NCBI RefSeq assembly: GCF_038025025.1
Contig: NW_027117347.1
Coordinates: forward strand, 1,674,001 to 1,738,000
Origin: Phyllosticta citribraziliensis
Taxonomy: Eukaryota
Length of the DNA stretch: 64,000 bases
Direction of reading: 5' to 3'
Positions 1 to 11,917 of the stretch are shown piece after piece. The notes beneath the pieces were generated by a model. It was not told the DNA's origin and ran no database searches. It saw only the letters and a program-made list of their open reading frames with translations. Every line of letters starts with the position of its first letter. The first letter of the stretch is position 1. A program made the translations under genes and the position numbers.

Positions 1-1602
1 GCGGATACCTCGACATTGCGACGATTGGCCACGTCTCTGCCTTCACGGGCGGCGAAGTCTTTTACTTTCCCAACTTCCATGGCCCTCGGGATACCCTCAA
101 GCTTTCCAAGGAAATCAAGCACACCGTCACGCGCGAGACTGGCTACCAGGCTCTGATGAAGGTGCGCTGCTCTAACGGGCTTCAAGTATCCGAATACCAC
201 GGCAACTTTTACCACCACACGTTTGGTGCCGACTTGGAGTTTGGCGTCATTGACTCGGACAAGTCGATTGGCGTGCTCTTTAGCTATGACGGAAAGCTGG
301 ACCCCAAGCTCGACGCCCACTTCCAGAGCGCGCTGCTCTACACGACGGCAAGTGGCGAGCGGCGAGTGAGATGTTGCAACTTGGTCGCAAGTGTCAATGA
401 GAATGCCGTCGATACTATGCGCTTCGTGGACCAAGACGCCGTCGTCAGCATGATTGCCAAGCAAGCTGCAGACCGCATGGCAGAGCGGCCGCTGAAGGAA
501 ATCCGCTCGGCCATTACCGAAAAGACTGTCGACATTCTCGCCGCGTATCGCAAAAACTTTTCACATGGCCATCCTCCGGGCCAGCTTGTTCTCCCCGAGC
601 ATCTCAAAGAATTCAGCATGTTCACCCTCGCCCTCATCAAGTCGCGCGCCTTCAAGGGCGGCAAGGAGCCAACCGACCGCCGCGTCTACGAGATGCGCAT
701 GATCAAGTCCATGGGCCCGCTCGAGCTCTCCCTCTACCTCTACCCTCGCATCTACTCGCTGCACAACCTGGCGGCAGAAGAGGGCTTCCCGACGGAAAAC
801 GGCCGGCTACGCATGCCGCCGGGTATACGAGCCTCCTTTTCTAAGATCGAAGAAGGCGGCGCATACCTCGTCGACAACGGGCAGCAGGTGCTGCTGTGGC
901 TGCACGCGGCCGTGTCGCCCAACCTCCTCGAGGACCTGTTCGGGCCCGGCGTGGCGGACCTGCGCCAGCTCGACCCGTTCCTCAACCAGATCCCCGTCCT
1001 GTCGACGCACCTCAACGCGCAGGCGCGCAACATGCTGCAGTACCTCGAGCAGGGCCGCGGCAGCAAGGCCGTCACCATCCAGCTGGCGCGCCAGGGCTTG
1101 GATGGCGCCGAGTACGAGTTTGCGCGCTTGCTGTACGAGGACCGCAACGGCGAGGCGCAGAGCTACGTCGATTGGCTGGTCCATGTGCATCGCAACATTC
1201 AGCTCGAGGTGAGTTGAGACTCTTTTCCATCTTTCGTCCCCTCCCATCCCCTCCTCTTCCTGCTCCGCCGTCGTCTTTTCCGCCCGATCCAGCGTGCTTT
1301 GATTAAACCTCTTTTCTTACGTCTCCTCTCCTCAAAGCTCGCGCCGCACTCGCACTTCCGCTCCTTCTGATGCGTTCGTCACTGCACCCGTCCTGTCTTC
1401 ACCACACCAACAACTTCTACCCGCCGCCGTCTGCCCCGACCTCTCTCCCCGAGTGAGTCCAGACATCTTTTGCCTATCCAAACGCTGACGCTCTCTTGTC
1501 TCCTCGCCGCAGCTCTCAGGCCACCGCAAGCGCGACGACGGCGCCGACTCGTCCGGCATGGCGTCCACTTTTGCCGGCCTGCGCACGCCGTACTGGGGGT
1601 GA
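1..1602 (+). CDS. SEC24: Sec24-family COPII coat subunit (Sec24C/D, Sfb3/Lst1-like), 3' part; runs off the window's 5' end
   Basis: Sec23/24 beta-sandwich, helical and gelsolin-like motifs (FQSALLYT..GERRVR, GQLVLPEHLK, LYPRIYSLH, EDR...SYVDWL). Intron 1209-1512 (GTGAGT...GCTGAC...CAG) joins last exon 1513-1602 LSGHRKRDD...LRTPYWG*. Confidence 0.93.
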
Positions 1603-1954
1603 TTCGCGATTGTCGTGATGGTCGTGATGGTCGTGGAATGGAATGGATTAGGTTAAGCGGAGCGTCGTCGTTTCTTGTCCGTGGTGTTTTCTCTGCTTCG
1701 CGTCGTTGTTATTGTAGTTGTAGTTGCCTTTCGTTTTTTTTTTTTTTTTTTGGCCAGCCGCCACAGCTCGGCTCGGCTCGGCTCAGCTCATTCATCTTTT
1801 ATCTGTCTGTTGTCTGTCTGTCGTTGCGCTGCTGCTCCTGCTGCTGCCTTGCTGCGTCTGTGTAGCCCTGTAATATAGCCTTTTCTTGTTTCTTCGGTTT
1901 TTTTGGGTTGTGTTAGTGGTTGGCTGGGGGTTGGTGCGATGCGGTTGGATTGGC

Positions 1955-2060
1955 AGGTGGGCGTGGGATGGGATGGGATGGGATAGGATAGGATGGCTTT
2001 GGGATTGGGGTTGGGTTGACTCGTGGATGGGCGGATGGAGATGGATGGAGGGGAGGGTGT
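1955..2060. repeat. Low-complexity GGATG/GGATA/GGGTT pentamer microsatellite tract
   Basis: Visible runs gggatgggatgggatgggataggataggatgg and gggttgggttg downstream of SEC24. Confidence 0.7.
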
Positions 2061-2895
2061 GGCACTCACACGGCAGACCAGGTACTGTACTTACCTTACC
2101 ACCGTAGCAGCGGCGTGTGTGTGTGACAAATGAAAAGTGAATGTCTGGTGCTAGTGGTGGACTCGTGATGCGCTGCTGTACATCTACGTGCCTGTCTGAT
2201 ATGGGGTGGACGTCGTGGCACACTTGAACTCCTACCGCAGTCACTACCCTCAGTCAGTACCTTACCTTCACTTATGGACTTCTCTGGAATGCTCCCTGCT
2301 AGTTGGCGGTCATGGCATTGGATGCTCCCGGACCGGCGAGACTATACCTGCACACCCATTCTGTGTATGCCACAGCTTTTCTTCATCTGATTTGACGTTG
2401 GTCCACCCACATAGTTGGACGTGCTGCGGGCACCCGAAAATGGCCCGCTGACGTCATTGGTGCCGTACCCGGACGCGACGCGACGCGACGCGGCTCCCGT
2501 CCTCCCCTCCACCGCAGTCGTGTCTCTCCTCTCCAACAACCCAGCCCAAACGACAAATCGACCGATCGATGGCGCGGAAATGTTTGCGACGGCTCAGTCA
2601 CCCTCCACGCCAACAAGACCTCGGGTTTGCGCGCACACGAACGCGTCGCTGAGGGCGTTTGGCCAAATATTCGAGCCTACGACGCGGAACGATGGGGGGC
2701 ATGTTGCGACGGATGCTCCCGCGACGCGACACGCAGGCTGCGCAACGCTTTTCTTCCGCTCTCTTTGCCGCGGGCAAGTTCAACTTTGAGAAGGTTCCAA
2801 CGTTCCACTCGGCCCACCATTTCAGCCATCTCGCCCAAAAGAAATATTTCACCTCTAACGTGGCTCTCGTCCAGAACTAACAAAAATACTACGAA

Positions 2896-5132
2896 ATGGC
2901 ACCTCAAACAGAAAGCCAAGGAGTCCCTGAAGGAATTCCAGTGCCACCTGCAGCTCGAGGAGCGCATGATGCTTTCTACGTCCGAAGAGGTCCAAGAGTT
3001 TGTCAACTCGCTACCAGACAACGAGCGGGCGATCAAGAAAGAAGATTCAACTGAGAATCTGGCCAAGCGCAAGGCGCGGAAAAATCGGAGGGTACATTCG
3101 AGCAGACCTTCGGCACCCTCTGCCCGCTCAAAGCGGTCATGGACCGCTTAAGACGATTCCAAGAAGGCGCAAGTCTCGAACAAATCAAACAGGCAATCCC
3201 CGAGTAAACGCTGTGGCTCCACATGATGCTGCCAGTTTTTGAAAAGTACCGCGACCAAAAGGTCTACGCTCTTCTCGGTAAGCCAAGATTCCTACGTCCT
3301 TGACAAATCAAGACATCGTTGTCATAATGTTTCAGGAACTTGCTCAGTATACGACCAGCCAGCCGTGTATGCCATGAGTCGTCAGCGACACCAGATACAC
3401 TTCCGGCAGGACCGTCGACACCGAGCGGTCACAAGAGGACGAGATCGTTGAAGACGACACCAGCCGGCTCGCCTGCGCGCCTCATCTCGTACGTCGACGG
3501 TACCGTGGACATCGAAGCCAACAAGTGGGATTTCGAGCCGGCGATCCCCGTTTTCTACGATGGCACAATGAACCTGGAGGACACAAAGGATCATCCTTTC
3601 TACGACTTCGGTTCTGGTTTCCTGTTCAGCGACCTGGGACGCTTGCCGCCACCCGGCGTGCATCTGTCGTCCAGGCTGATCGGCCACCTATACCTGGCCA
3701 CCCAGCAGGGCAGGATCTCAATGCAATACGAAGACCTTCACGCCCACTGGCCGTTTGCCCGCAAGGAGGGTTCCATGAACCCATTTTACAGACCCACGGG
3801 CCGGGCCTTCATCACGCTGGGCGCCATGGGAAAGCCACGGTACGGCTGTGTCGCAGAGAAGTACGTCTTGTACGGAGGATGCGAGTACGAAGGCCTGAAG
3901 GCTTTGGGAGGTGATGACCCCAATAAGAAGCACGCCTGGGGAGACGGCGTGGGCATTCCTTCCGTGCGGTCGTCGAGGGAAACATCATCAAGCCCCACAT
4001 GGGTTGTGAAGTGCACCCGGAAGACCTCCAGGACGCCTTCAGCTTCCCCAGAATCAAGTATGGCAGGCTACTCCTGGACCCTGTCATGCTCAGTTACGAA
4101 GAACGTACCCGAGCCGAAGCCATCGTCATCAACCTGCTTAGAGATTATTTCATCCGAGTACCGACAGGTTGGAAACTGGCCATGGGGCCGCAGAATCTTC
4201 GACTGAGACCTGCAGACGCCATCCCTGACCTGCTGGACCCGTGTGAGCTGCCACTCTTTGACTGGATGTTTGAAAATCGGACTGCGGGGCCGGTAGAGGT
4301 TAGCCAGCACATGGACTGCTATCCTCACAGGCTGAACGGCGAATGCGGTGTTGTTACATCCGACTTCGAACCGATTTTGGACTGGGAAATCGAAGGCGAA
4401 CGCATCATAAGCATCCATTGGTTCCCTCAATGCGTCAAGAGGCAGTCAATCCCACCAAACACCTCTACATCACAGGACGAGGAGCCTATCGTAGGCCCGG
4501 CTAGGCGCCAGCACGCCAAAAGGCCATCCAGCTCGCCCGGAATGTCCGATTACGAGAAAGAGCCTGCCGTGGTCTCAGCAAAGCGCAAGCTTGCCATAAG
4601 GTCGCCTGTCAAGCCGAATAGAGACTCATCTAATTCTGCCGACAGCACTCATGAGGACTCTTCGCCGGGACAGGAGTCGCCTACTCCCTCATCACGAAGG
4701 AAGTCCAAGGGCGCTAAGACGCCACGAAGGACCAAGATCGCCCGGCGGCTGCGCAATCTGTGGCAAAAAGCTTCAGATCTCTTGAGGAGGTCCTCGCCCG
4801 TGAAGGATTCAGAAAGCGACGACGTCTTTGAGAAATCTTTTGAAGATCCCGAGTCTCCGACCAAGCCAGAAAGCAGGCCCGCTAAGAAGCGCATTATCCG
4901 GTGCTCAAAGCGGTCAAATCCACCACCAGCTGCGAAGCCTGAGCCTGCCCACCAAGAGGTCGAAGATGAGGATAACGCGATGACCTACGAACTCTTCGAG
5001 CTCCAGGAGCCGGTGAATCATGATGCCGCGGCCGCCGACACGTCTGAAGACCAGGATAATGAGTCCGATGAGTTCCCTAAAGCCCGGATCTGGCTGCAGC
5101 ATCAAATTGCAGCTCTCTGCGCGCATGCATGA
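2896..5132 (+). pseudogene. Disrupted hypothetical protein gene (globular middle, S/P/K/E-rich C-terminal tail)
   Basis: Protein-like segments in different frames: apparent frameshift in the A-run near 3083, in-frame TAA at 3205-3207 (QAIPE*TLWLHMMLPVFEKY), ORF 3340-3948 joined to ORF 3993-5132 by a candidate 44-nt GT-AG intron 3949-3992. Family not recognised. Confidence 0.45.
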
Positions 5133-6822
5133 TGGCGGATGACTGCTCCCTAGGCGTGACCGTAGTAGTAGAGGACTGCTCCTTGAGTGTCGCTGTAATA
5201 GAAGATGACTATTCTCTAAGCGCAAAGTGAATGGTGTCTGGTCTCTTTTGACATCCACGGTGCTGACCCAGTCGAGAAAGAGGATTCTCCCAGCTCGCCC
5301 AGGTCACTAGAAGTACCATCTCGTGTCCGTCAGGCATGTAGCCCGGCCAGCGGCAATATCGAAAACTCTTCAGAGGACGAGATCCCGGCCGCAATCGCGT
5401 CCAAAAGGCTAGGCAGATAAGGAGGGAAACGTCGAGCGCCCGTTCGCCGATACGAGTCGAAAGCCAGATCCACGCCTGCTAGAGCGTCAGGCCTCGTTTC
5501 TACCCTTCACTCCGACCCTTCCAGCACAGGGGTATGGAAGCCGCTTTGAAGCACCTCATAGTGATGCTGCTGCCTGGTTGCAGTCGCCCTCTCCCGTCAT
5601 TGTTGCAGTCCTCGCGCAAGGTGGTGTCCCTGAGAGGCACAAGGCGAAACACGAGCATCTCACGGTTTGGCTAGAATGGACTCTAGACAGGGAGATTCGC
5701 GAGCCACCTGATTCTACAATGGAAATAACGAACGAGGCGATTGATAACTGGAACGCGTGGTTCTACTCGCTCTCCCCTCGCGTTGTACTAGGCCTTGACG
5801 TCCGCTGTCTGCTCCAGGAGCGCCTCACTTGCCCACGCAATGGGGTTGGGAACATCATGTGGCCCAAATTACTCACTTCCCTGTTGTTGTGGAACAAGAA
5901 GTTGGAGTCGAAGTCGTAGAACTTGAGTTCTTTGGTACCCTACTCTCCAGATCCATAGTACTGTCGTGGAATACGAGAATCGCAAGCTACACCTGCAAGC
6001 TTCCACCTCCGCTGTCACCACGACGTTCGAACTTGCAACATCTGCTTCCCGATTGGTTACTTTGGCTTGAATTGAGCAAGTTTCCACCTCCGCGGTTATT
6101 GCTATGTCCGAAGTTGCGACTTTGTCTTTGCCATGGCTTATGTCGAGTCGAATGGAGTTTGTGCGGAGGCATTGATTCGCTTGCTGGAAGTCCACTTGAA
6201 CGGCGGCGGCGCAGCAAAATCAGGCAAGTTCCGAGACTGGATCACGTTTTCCATGCTCGGAAACCAAGAACGGTCTCTCCAAGGCGTGGCGAGACCAAAT
6301 GGGCCAGCACGGCGCCATTTATCCCAAGGGAACCAAGAAGAGATGACGAGGATTAGGAGCTTCCAGAGATGGACTTTCTGTTTGATCGAACAATCCCGTG
6401 TATCAAGCCACGTCAGTAGGCCTCGCCATCCACGGCTTCCAAATCTACGGCCTCAAACAAGTCATTCAAAGTGGCTGGTGCTTTGACGCCCGCAATATCG
6501 AGTTTGACGACACTCCCGCAACGGCCGCAATCCCGGGCTCCTCCACTTAACTCTTGTTTACGTCGTAAGACTCTTAGAATAATTACTAAACCAAAAGCCA
6601 GGTCTAACCAGACCCTCATGACTTATCTTCATTGGGAAGTAAACGCTGTCTGTCTTTTCGCCTAATGGCCACTGTGCTTCCACTTCTTATGCTTTTGACG
6701 AAATACACTCTGTTCCTTTGACTGCATGATTCACATGGGGAGGGGAAGCGCAGTTTCTTACTGATGAAGCCCCAGATTGCAAGGCCGCGGGGGAGACCCC
6801 CGTAAATCGGTGTCTCCAGCAA

Positions 6823-6925
6823 ACTCCGTCCCGCGTAGACTCCGTATCCCCCGCAGACTCCGTGTCTGCCGCGTACTCCGTGTTCCCCGCGTACTCCGTG
6901 TCCCCTATAGACTCCATGTCTCCGT
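6823..6925. repeat. Degenerate 18-bp minisatellite (about 6 copies, unit near ACTCCGTGTCCCCGCGTA)
   Basis: Tandem units visible; minus strand reads GDMESI-GDTEYA-GNTEYA-ADTESA-GDTEST. Confidence 0.8.
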
Positions 6926-7684
6926 GAAATCCCCTGCATAGCATTCTAGTGCCATCAGCATTCATGGCACATCGTACTGTCTTATTCTATTTACAGTCCG
7001 TCCTTACAATACACGTTCTTTACGGAAAGAAAGGGTGAGCGGTATTCACATTAGCTTACATTTAACTCTAAGGTTAACATCTTCCGTTAGGTGCGTGCAG
7101 AGTAAAAAGCTACGAGATTTTTCCCCATTCTCCGAATCGACCTATCAAACCCATGAGGCGTCGACATTACCGCAATGGCCTAGCCTAGTGGCTTGCTGGA
7201 ATTCTGGCTTTACGCCTGGATGCCATAGCGCCGTGAATAAGCTACATTTACTCGGCGTCGAAATCACCGACGGTGGCATTCTTTGGGTCAACCAGGAATA
7301 CGAGCACACGTAGTTCCGGGGCATAACTTCCGCTTTTGTTCGTGTCACTTGCGGCGCAAGAAGTCCAAGTCATCATTGATGAGAAGGAACTCTTGTTTCA
7401 GGCGCGGAAATGCCGGAATGTCGGAGTGCCGGCGGGCGCGCCGGCGGGTTGCGGCCCCGAACGCCCGACGAACGGGTCAAACTTTCCGAAACGACTGTGG
7501 ATTGATACTCAAGAAGCAACTAGCTGACACGAGGCGCATCGATTGGCCCGAGGATAGGACACGTCGATCAAGCAAAAGCAAATGCCCCTTGCAACAGCGA
7601 GGCCTACGTTTCGAGCTCTTATCTTACGAGCGCCTCCTCCGCGCAAATGAAAGGAAGCCTCCTCCACCGCTTCAAATCATGGAC

Positions 7685-8792
7685 TCAGCCATTTCCCCAG
7701 ATGGAGTAGAAGAGGACTGCCCTCTGCTTGGTCGACAAGCCATACGAGAAGTCGATAATGCTGCCAACGATCAAGCTGTAGCGGAACAGAGGGTTGCAAT
7801 GGCGTATATTATGGGCCGGCGGTGCGCCCACCGGTGTGCCCGCCGGTTGGCCGCTTCTGCAGAGTTTGTACGTGTTCCCACGAGCGTAGGCATTTAGCTC
7901 GTTGTTAGGCGCGAGGACGTAGGACTTGTTTTCATCCGAAAGGAAGCCGCTGACGGAAGCATCGCCCGTGGCGACCTGGAGCGTGATGGACTGTGTTTGC
8001 TGGGTGTTCCCGACGGCCTTCACTTCCGGTATGTAGCGGTAGCCGTACTGCGATACTTTTTGACGCTTTCCATCTCTGCTGACGTTGTCGTTCCTGGGCG
8101 GCGTCCTGGGCTCGCAGATGATGACTTCGTGGCCGTCCGTGTCAATGTGCTCTGCGCAGTTCGTGTTGGGGGGGCAGTCACCTCCGATTTCATAATGGTG
8201 GCCTGTTACCGTATCGACGCATTCGTCTTCCCATGCTGTTTCGCTTTCATTGGCATCGCAGATGCGCCTGAGCCAGTGATCAACTTGGTCGCAGCCTTGA
8301 TCGTCCGGGATAAAGCGCTTTCTGAGACGACGAGTGGAGTTCGATGCGGGGGCAGGGTGGTCCTCCTCATGACGAAAAACGCTGGCCAGCACCTTCTCAA
8401 TGAATTCTTCTGGCAAGCCTGGGTTGTTGTCGAGAGCGTTGTTCGAAGGAGCCGTCGAGGCGTCAACAGGCGAAGGAGTCTCTGGAGACATGACCGCAAA
8501 AGCTGTGAAGGCGATGGCGCCAATGACCAAGAAGACAAAAGCGACCACTAGGACGGTCCGTAGAACGGAGGTTCTCTTAACGCCGGACTTCCTTTTCAAG
8601 GCTCCGAACTCCGATGAGGAAATGTTGCTGGCCTGGAAAGGGGAAAGGATGGCTGCGAGGCTGTTCAGAAATATTCCAGAAGCTGACAGGTTGGAGTTTA
8701 CCCTTCTTGGAATCCTCAGCGACCATGATGCCACCAGACTCGATTGTCGGATCGTCAGTGTAGTTTCCCGCAGCGGATTGGTAATGGTTCAT
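7685..8792 (-). CDS. Cys-rich effector-like protein with internal signal-anchor and Kex2 site; FOLD-effector-like Cys spacing
   Basis: ATG 8792, candidate intron 8653-8701 (GTAAAC...CTGAA...CAG) joining to the long ORF. Hydrophobic TVLVVAFVFLVIGAIAFTAFAVM, pro-region ending RRLRKR, then C-x10-C-x12-C-x14-C-x5-C-x13-C and two more Cys in a beta-rich C-terminal part. Confidence 0.7.
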
Positions 8793-10059
8793 GTTGACGG
8801 ACTTGAGATTGGTATAAGCCTTTCGTCTTCTTCCATCTGCTGCTGACCTGCCTTCGTCGCCATCGATTTGATGTTGCAGCCACAACGGATCGTAGGAATT
8901 GGCTTACCTTTGGGCGAGGGTCTCAAAGTAACGTCAAGAGGGCGGAAGAGGGTTAGCACGAGCCCAAAGAAACAAGTCAACTCCGTTTGGAGCAACAGCA
9001 GGCGGCAGACATGGCAGATAAGCATATCTTAAATAGTACACTGCAAGATGTGGCTACGACTGATCCCAGCGGAGCGAATCAGGTAGAGGAGAGCAAGGGT
9101 TTCTACCTTTTTTGCAAAATTTCTCGCTGAGAATTCTTCCAGCACAAAAGACTACTGGCCATCGTCAACCAACTTCTATTTTGAGCCGGTGTAGTGGCCC
9201 GAACGCCCGGAGCTTGCTTAGTACGAGATTAGCTTTCTAGCCGTGGTTTATCTAGAAGATTGATGCGCGACCAGAATTCAGAAAACCATATTTTGATAAA
9301 GGGGAAGCAGTCTATCAGGATCCACGGCATCTGGTTGGAGGATGCTCTCCTCTCTCGAGGGGGCTAGCGCATTGTTGATACCTTCGTGTTGATGGAGACG
9401 GGTCAGCCCTGGCGCTGCTGGCGGGAATTGGCATGGAGTCCGCAGTGGACGTTGCATTGGGCGTGATCCACTAGAGCAGTCAAATCCACGGTAGTTCCAC
9501 GAAGTAGCCTTTCCGAATATCCACTGGTGTCTTGAGTTTGGCCATCCCGCATGGACCAGTTGCATAGCGGCAAATTGAATCGCGTGGGATGCCATTCTTT
9601 GACACCGAGATCCGCTGTGTCGAAAAGTTCCATGGCTTCCGCAAAGTAGGCCGCAAGGATTGACAAAAAGTACTCGAGAAGTGAGGGCGTGGCATGGCTG
9701 AGTAGACGGGCGACAGGCAGAGTGTCTGTTGGTGGAGATTCTGCTGCTGAGGCCGACTGCGTTGATTCAGAATTGGATGGAGGTCGAGTTGGTCGCGAGG
9801 CAGACGTTGGCAAATCGAGCCCACAGCCGCTCAAAGAGTCGGAACTGAGCGGGCGGAACATGCGGGTTTCGCTGTGACCTGTCGACGGTGCGAAGCGAGA
9901 GTGGAGAAGATATTGTGGCTGTGAAGTGGTGTTGTGGCTTGGAGGAGGTGACGACAGCGGCGGCCACCACAAAAGCCTCCGCGGCTCGCGTGCCTGGTAA
10001 GCTCAGCTTGACTTCCACCACCTTGGTCTACTTCACCATCTTGGCTACCTCTCGTAGCC

Positions 10060-11327
10060 ATGACCCAATTCGAGCCAAATGCCATCCTCAGAGGTGCGCA
10101 GCTCACCGTGGTCGGCGGTAAGTTTCTTTGTTCCAACCCGCTGCGCTGTAGCTGACCCATCTCTTGCACCGCAGCCAACCGCGCCCTCCAGAATCCCGGC
10201 CTATTCACCTCAGACCACTATCGACAGGCAGCACTCGCTGTAGCAGCCGGCCTTGCGATCCGCCTCATAATCTCCATTCCGGTAGGCCTTTCATGTCGCC
10301 TGGTCGGAGCTGGAAGCTCATGTATTTTGGCGTAGATTCTGGGTGTGAAAGCACTGCTATGGTCCCGCACTCTGTTCATGGAGACGGAGGGCTCTACCTT
10401 GGACACAGATGTCGTTGATGGCCTGCACTTCTTGGAGCACTCGGTCCTCCAGGTGCCTTTCTTCCTCATGTCGCTGATGCGCTACATTACGCCTACGCTG
10501 GACGACATGTTCATGAACTCGCTGCAGTGGGTTGACCAGACCTACCTACAAAAGCACAAGACCGAAGACCCGCGGACATTGCGCGCGCTGTTCTACCCCA
10601 ACCTGAGCATGTATCCGCGAGGAGGACCGACGGCTACGGGCGACAAGAAGAAGCCGATGGAGGCCGTCATGGCGTTCCTCCTCAAGTTCGGAAGGAGAGC
10701 TGGCATTTCGCTCGCTGTATTTGCTCTATCGTACCTCCCTGTCGTCGGTCGCTTCGTCCTCCCGGCCGCCAGTTTCTACACTTTCAAAAAGGCGGTCGGA
10801 CTGGAGCCTGCGCTGGTCATTTTTGGCAGCTCCATATTCTTGCCCAGGCGCTACCTTGTACAATTCCTGCAGTCATACTTTTCATCCCGCAGCTTGATGC
10901 GTGAGCTGGTGAGTATATTTGCCCTCTTGCAGAGACTTTGGATATTGACCATGCTCAGCTTGAGCCTTACTTTTCGCGCATCCGATTCAGCAAAGAACAA
11001 AAGAAGGCCTGGTTCAAAGACCGTGAAGGCGTTCTCTTCGGCTTCGGTGTCGGCTTCTTCGTCTTCCTCAAGATTCCTCTCCTTGGAGTTCTCATTTACG
11101 GAATCGCCGAAGCCTCGACAGCCTTCCTCATCACCAAGATCACCGATCCCCCGCCACCCCCGGTCGAGGCAGAAGCTACGAATTTCGCAGAGAGCCAAAT
11201 TCCTTGGAAGAATAAGCACGAGTTTTTGTCAATGCCATTGGCCAACATTGATGCAGCAAACATTGATGAAAAGGTGGAGAAGATCAAGCCGAAGATGCCG
11301 GAAACTCCGACCAAGAGATTCTCTTAA
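10060..11327 (+). CDS. usgS: UsgS-like (EI24-type) transmembrane protein
   Basis: Start MTQFEPNAILRGAQLTVVG; introns about 10118-10174, 10282-10335, 10909-10958; motifs LMRELLEPYFSR, WFKDREGVLFGFG, IYGIAEASTAFLITKITDPPPPP; lies immediately upstream of formamidase. Confidence 0.85.
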
Positions 11328-11679
11328 CGGTGTTGAAGGACTGAAAGGAGCAAGCATAGAGGCAGAATGAAGGGATGATGATGCTTCACAAAGATTCAAG
11401 ACTTTCTACTTTATCACCAGCGTCAACAATCTAAGCATTTCGCAAGTACTCGGACTCGCCATCAATCAGGCAGTCTTTTATACATTTCCAGACTTTCTTC
11501 AGCAACTCTGAGTGCTTGGAGAGCGTTGGTTGGACCTCAGCCAAGCCATTTCCCCTTCAAATCATGACAATCACCCCTAGAGAGGCCTCGCACGTGACGA
11601 CGCGCGCGCGCGGATGCAAGGATGGCGGGGAGCTACCCCACCTGCAGCTCCTCTCCACCCCGACGTGACTAACGACAGT

Positions 11680-11825
11680 GAGCATTATCTACGACTTATC
11701 GGGATGGGCCCGCCGGCCAATGGTTCTGCGACGGCATGGATATCGGTCTGCTTCGTCCCCGCTGGCTCTATCAGCATTATGTTCTTGATTTAGTATGCGA
11801 GGCGCTTGACGGCTATATATGCGCC
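11680..11825 (+). promoter_or_regulatory. Putative formamidase promoter with GATA (AreA/Nit2-type) cores and TATA-like element
   Basis: TTATCT near 11686, TTATC near 11696, GATATC near 11739, CTATCA near 11768, TATATAT near 11814. Function inferred from known nitrogen regulation of fmdS. Confidence 0.35.
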
Positions 11826-11917
11826 TATGCGACCATCGCGCCGCGCGGACGGTGTCGACTTCCTATCCCAATCCTCTGGCTTTCCTCCGATTAACCTCCA
11901 AATAAGTCTGTTTGAAA

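Noticed and set aside
5200..6500. Transposon (gag/pol, transposase) or enzyme remnant
   Set aside because: Short stop-interrupted ORFs; no RT, integrase, DDE, LTR or TIR signature that I can support.
9403..9972. 189-aa minus-strand ORF divergent from usgS
   Set aside because: No recognisable motif, non-ATG start, S/P-rich; could be a small orphan gene but unsupported.
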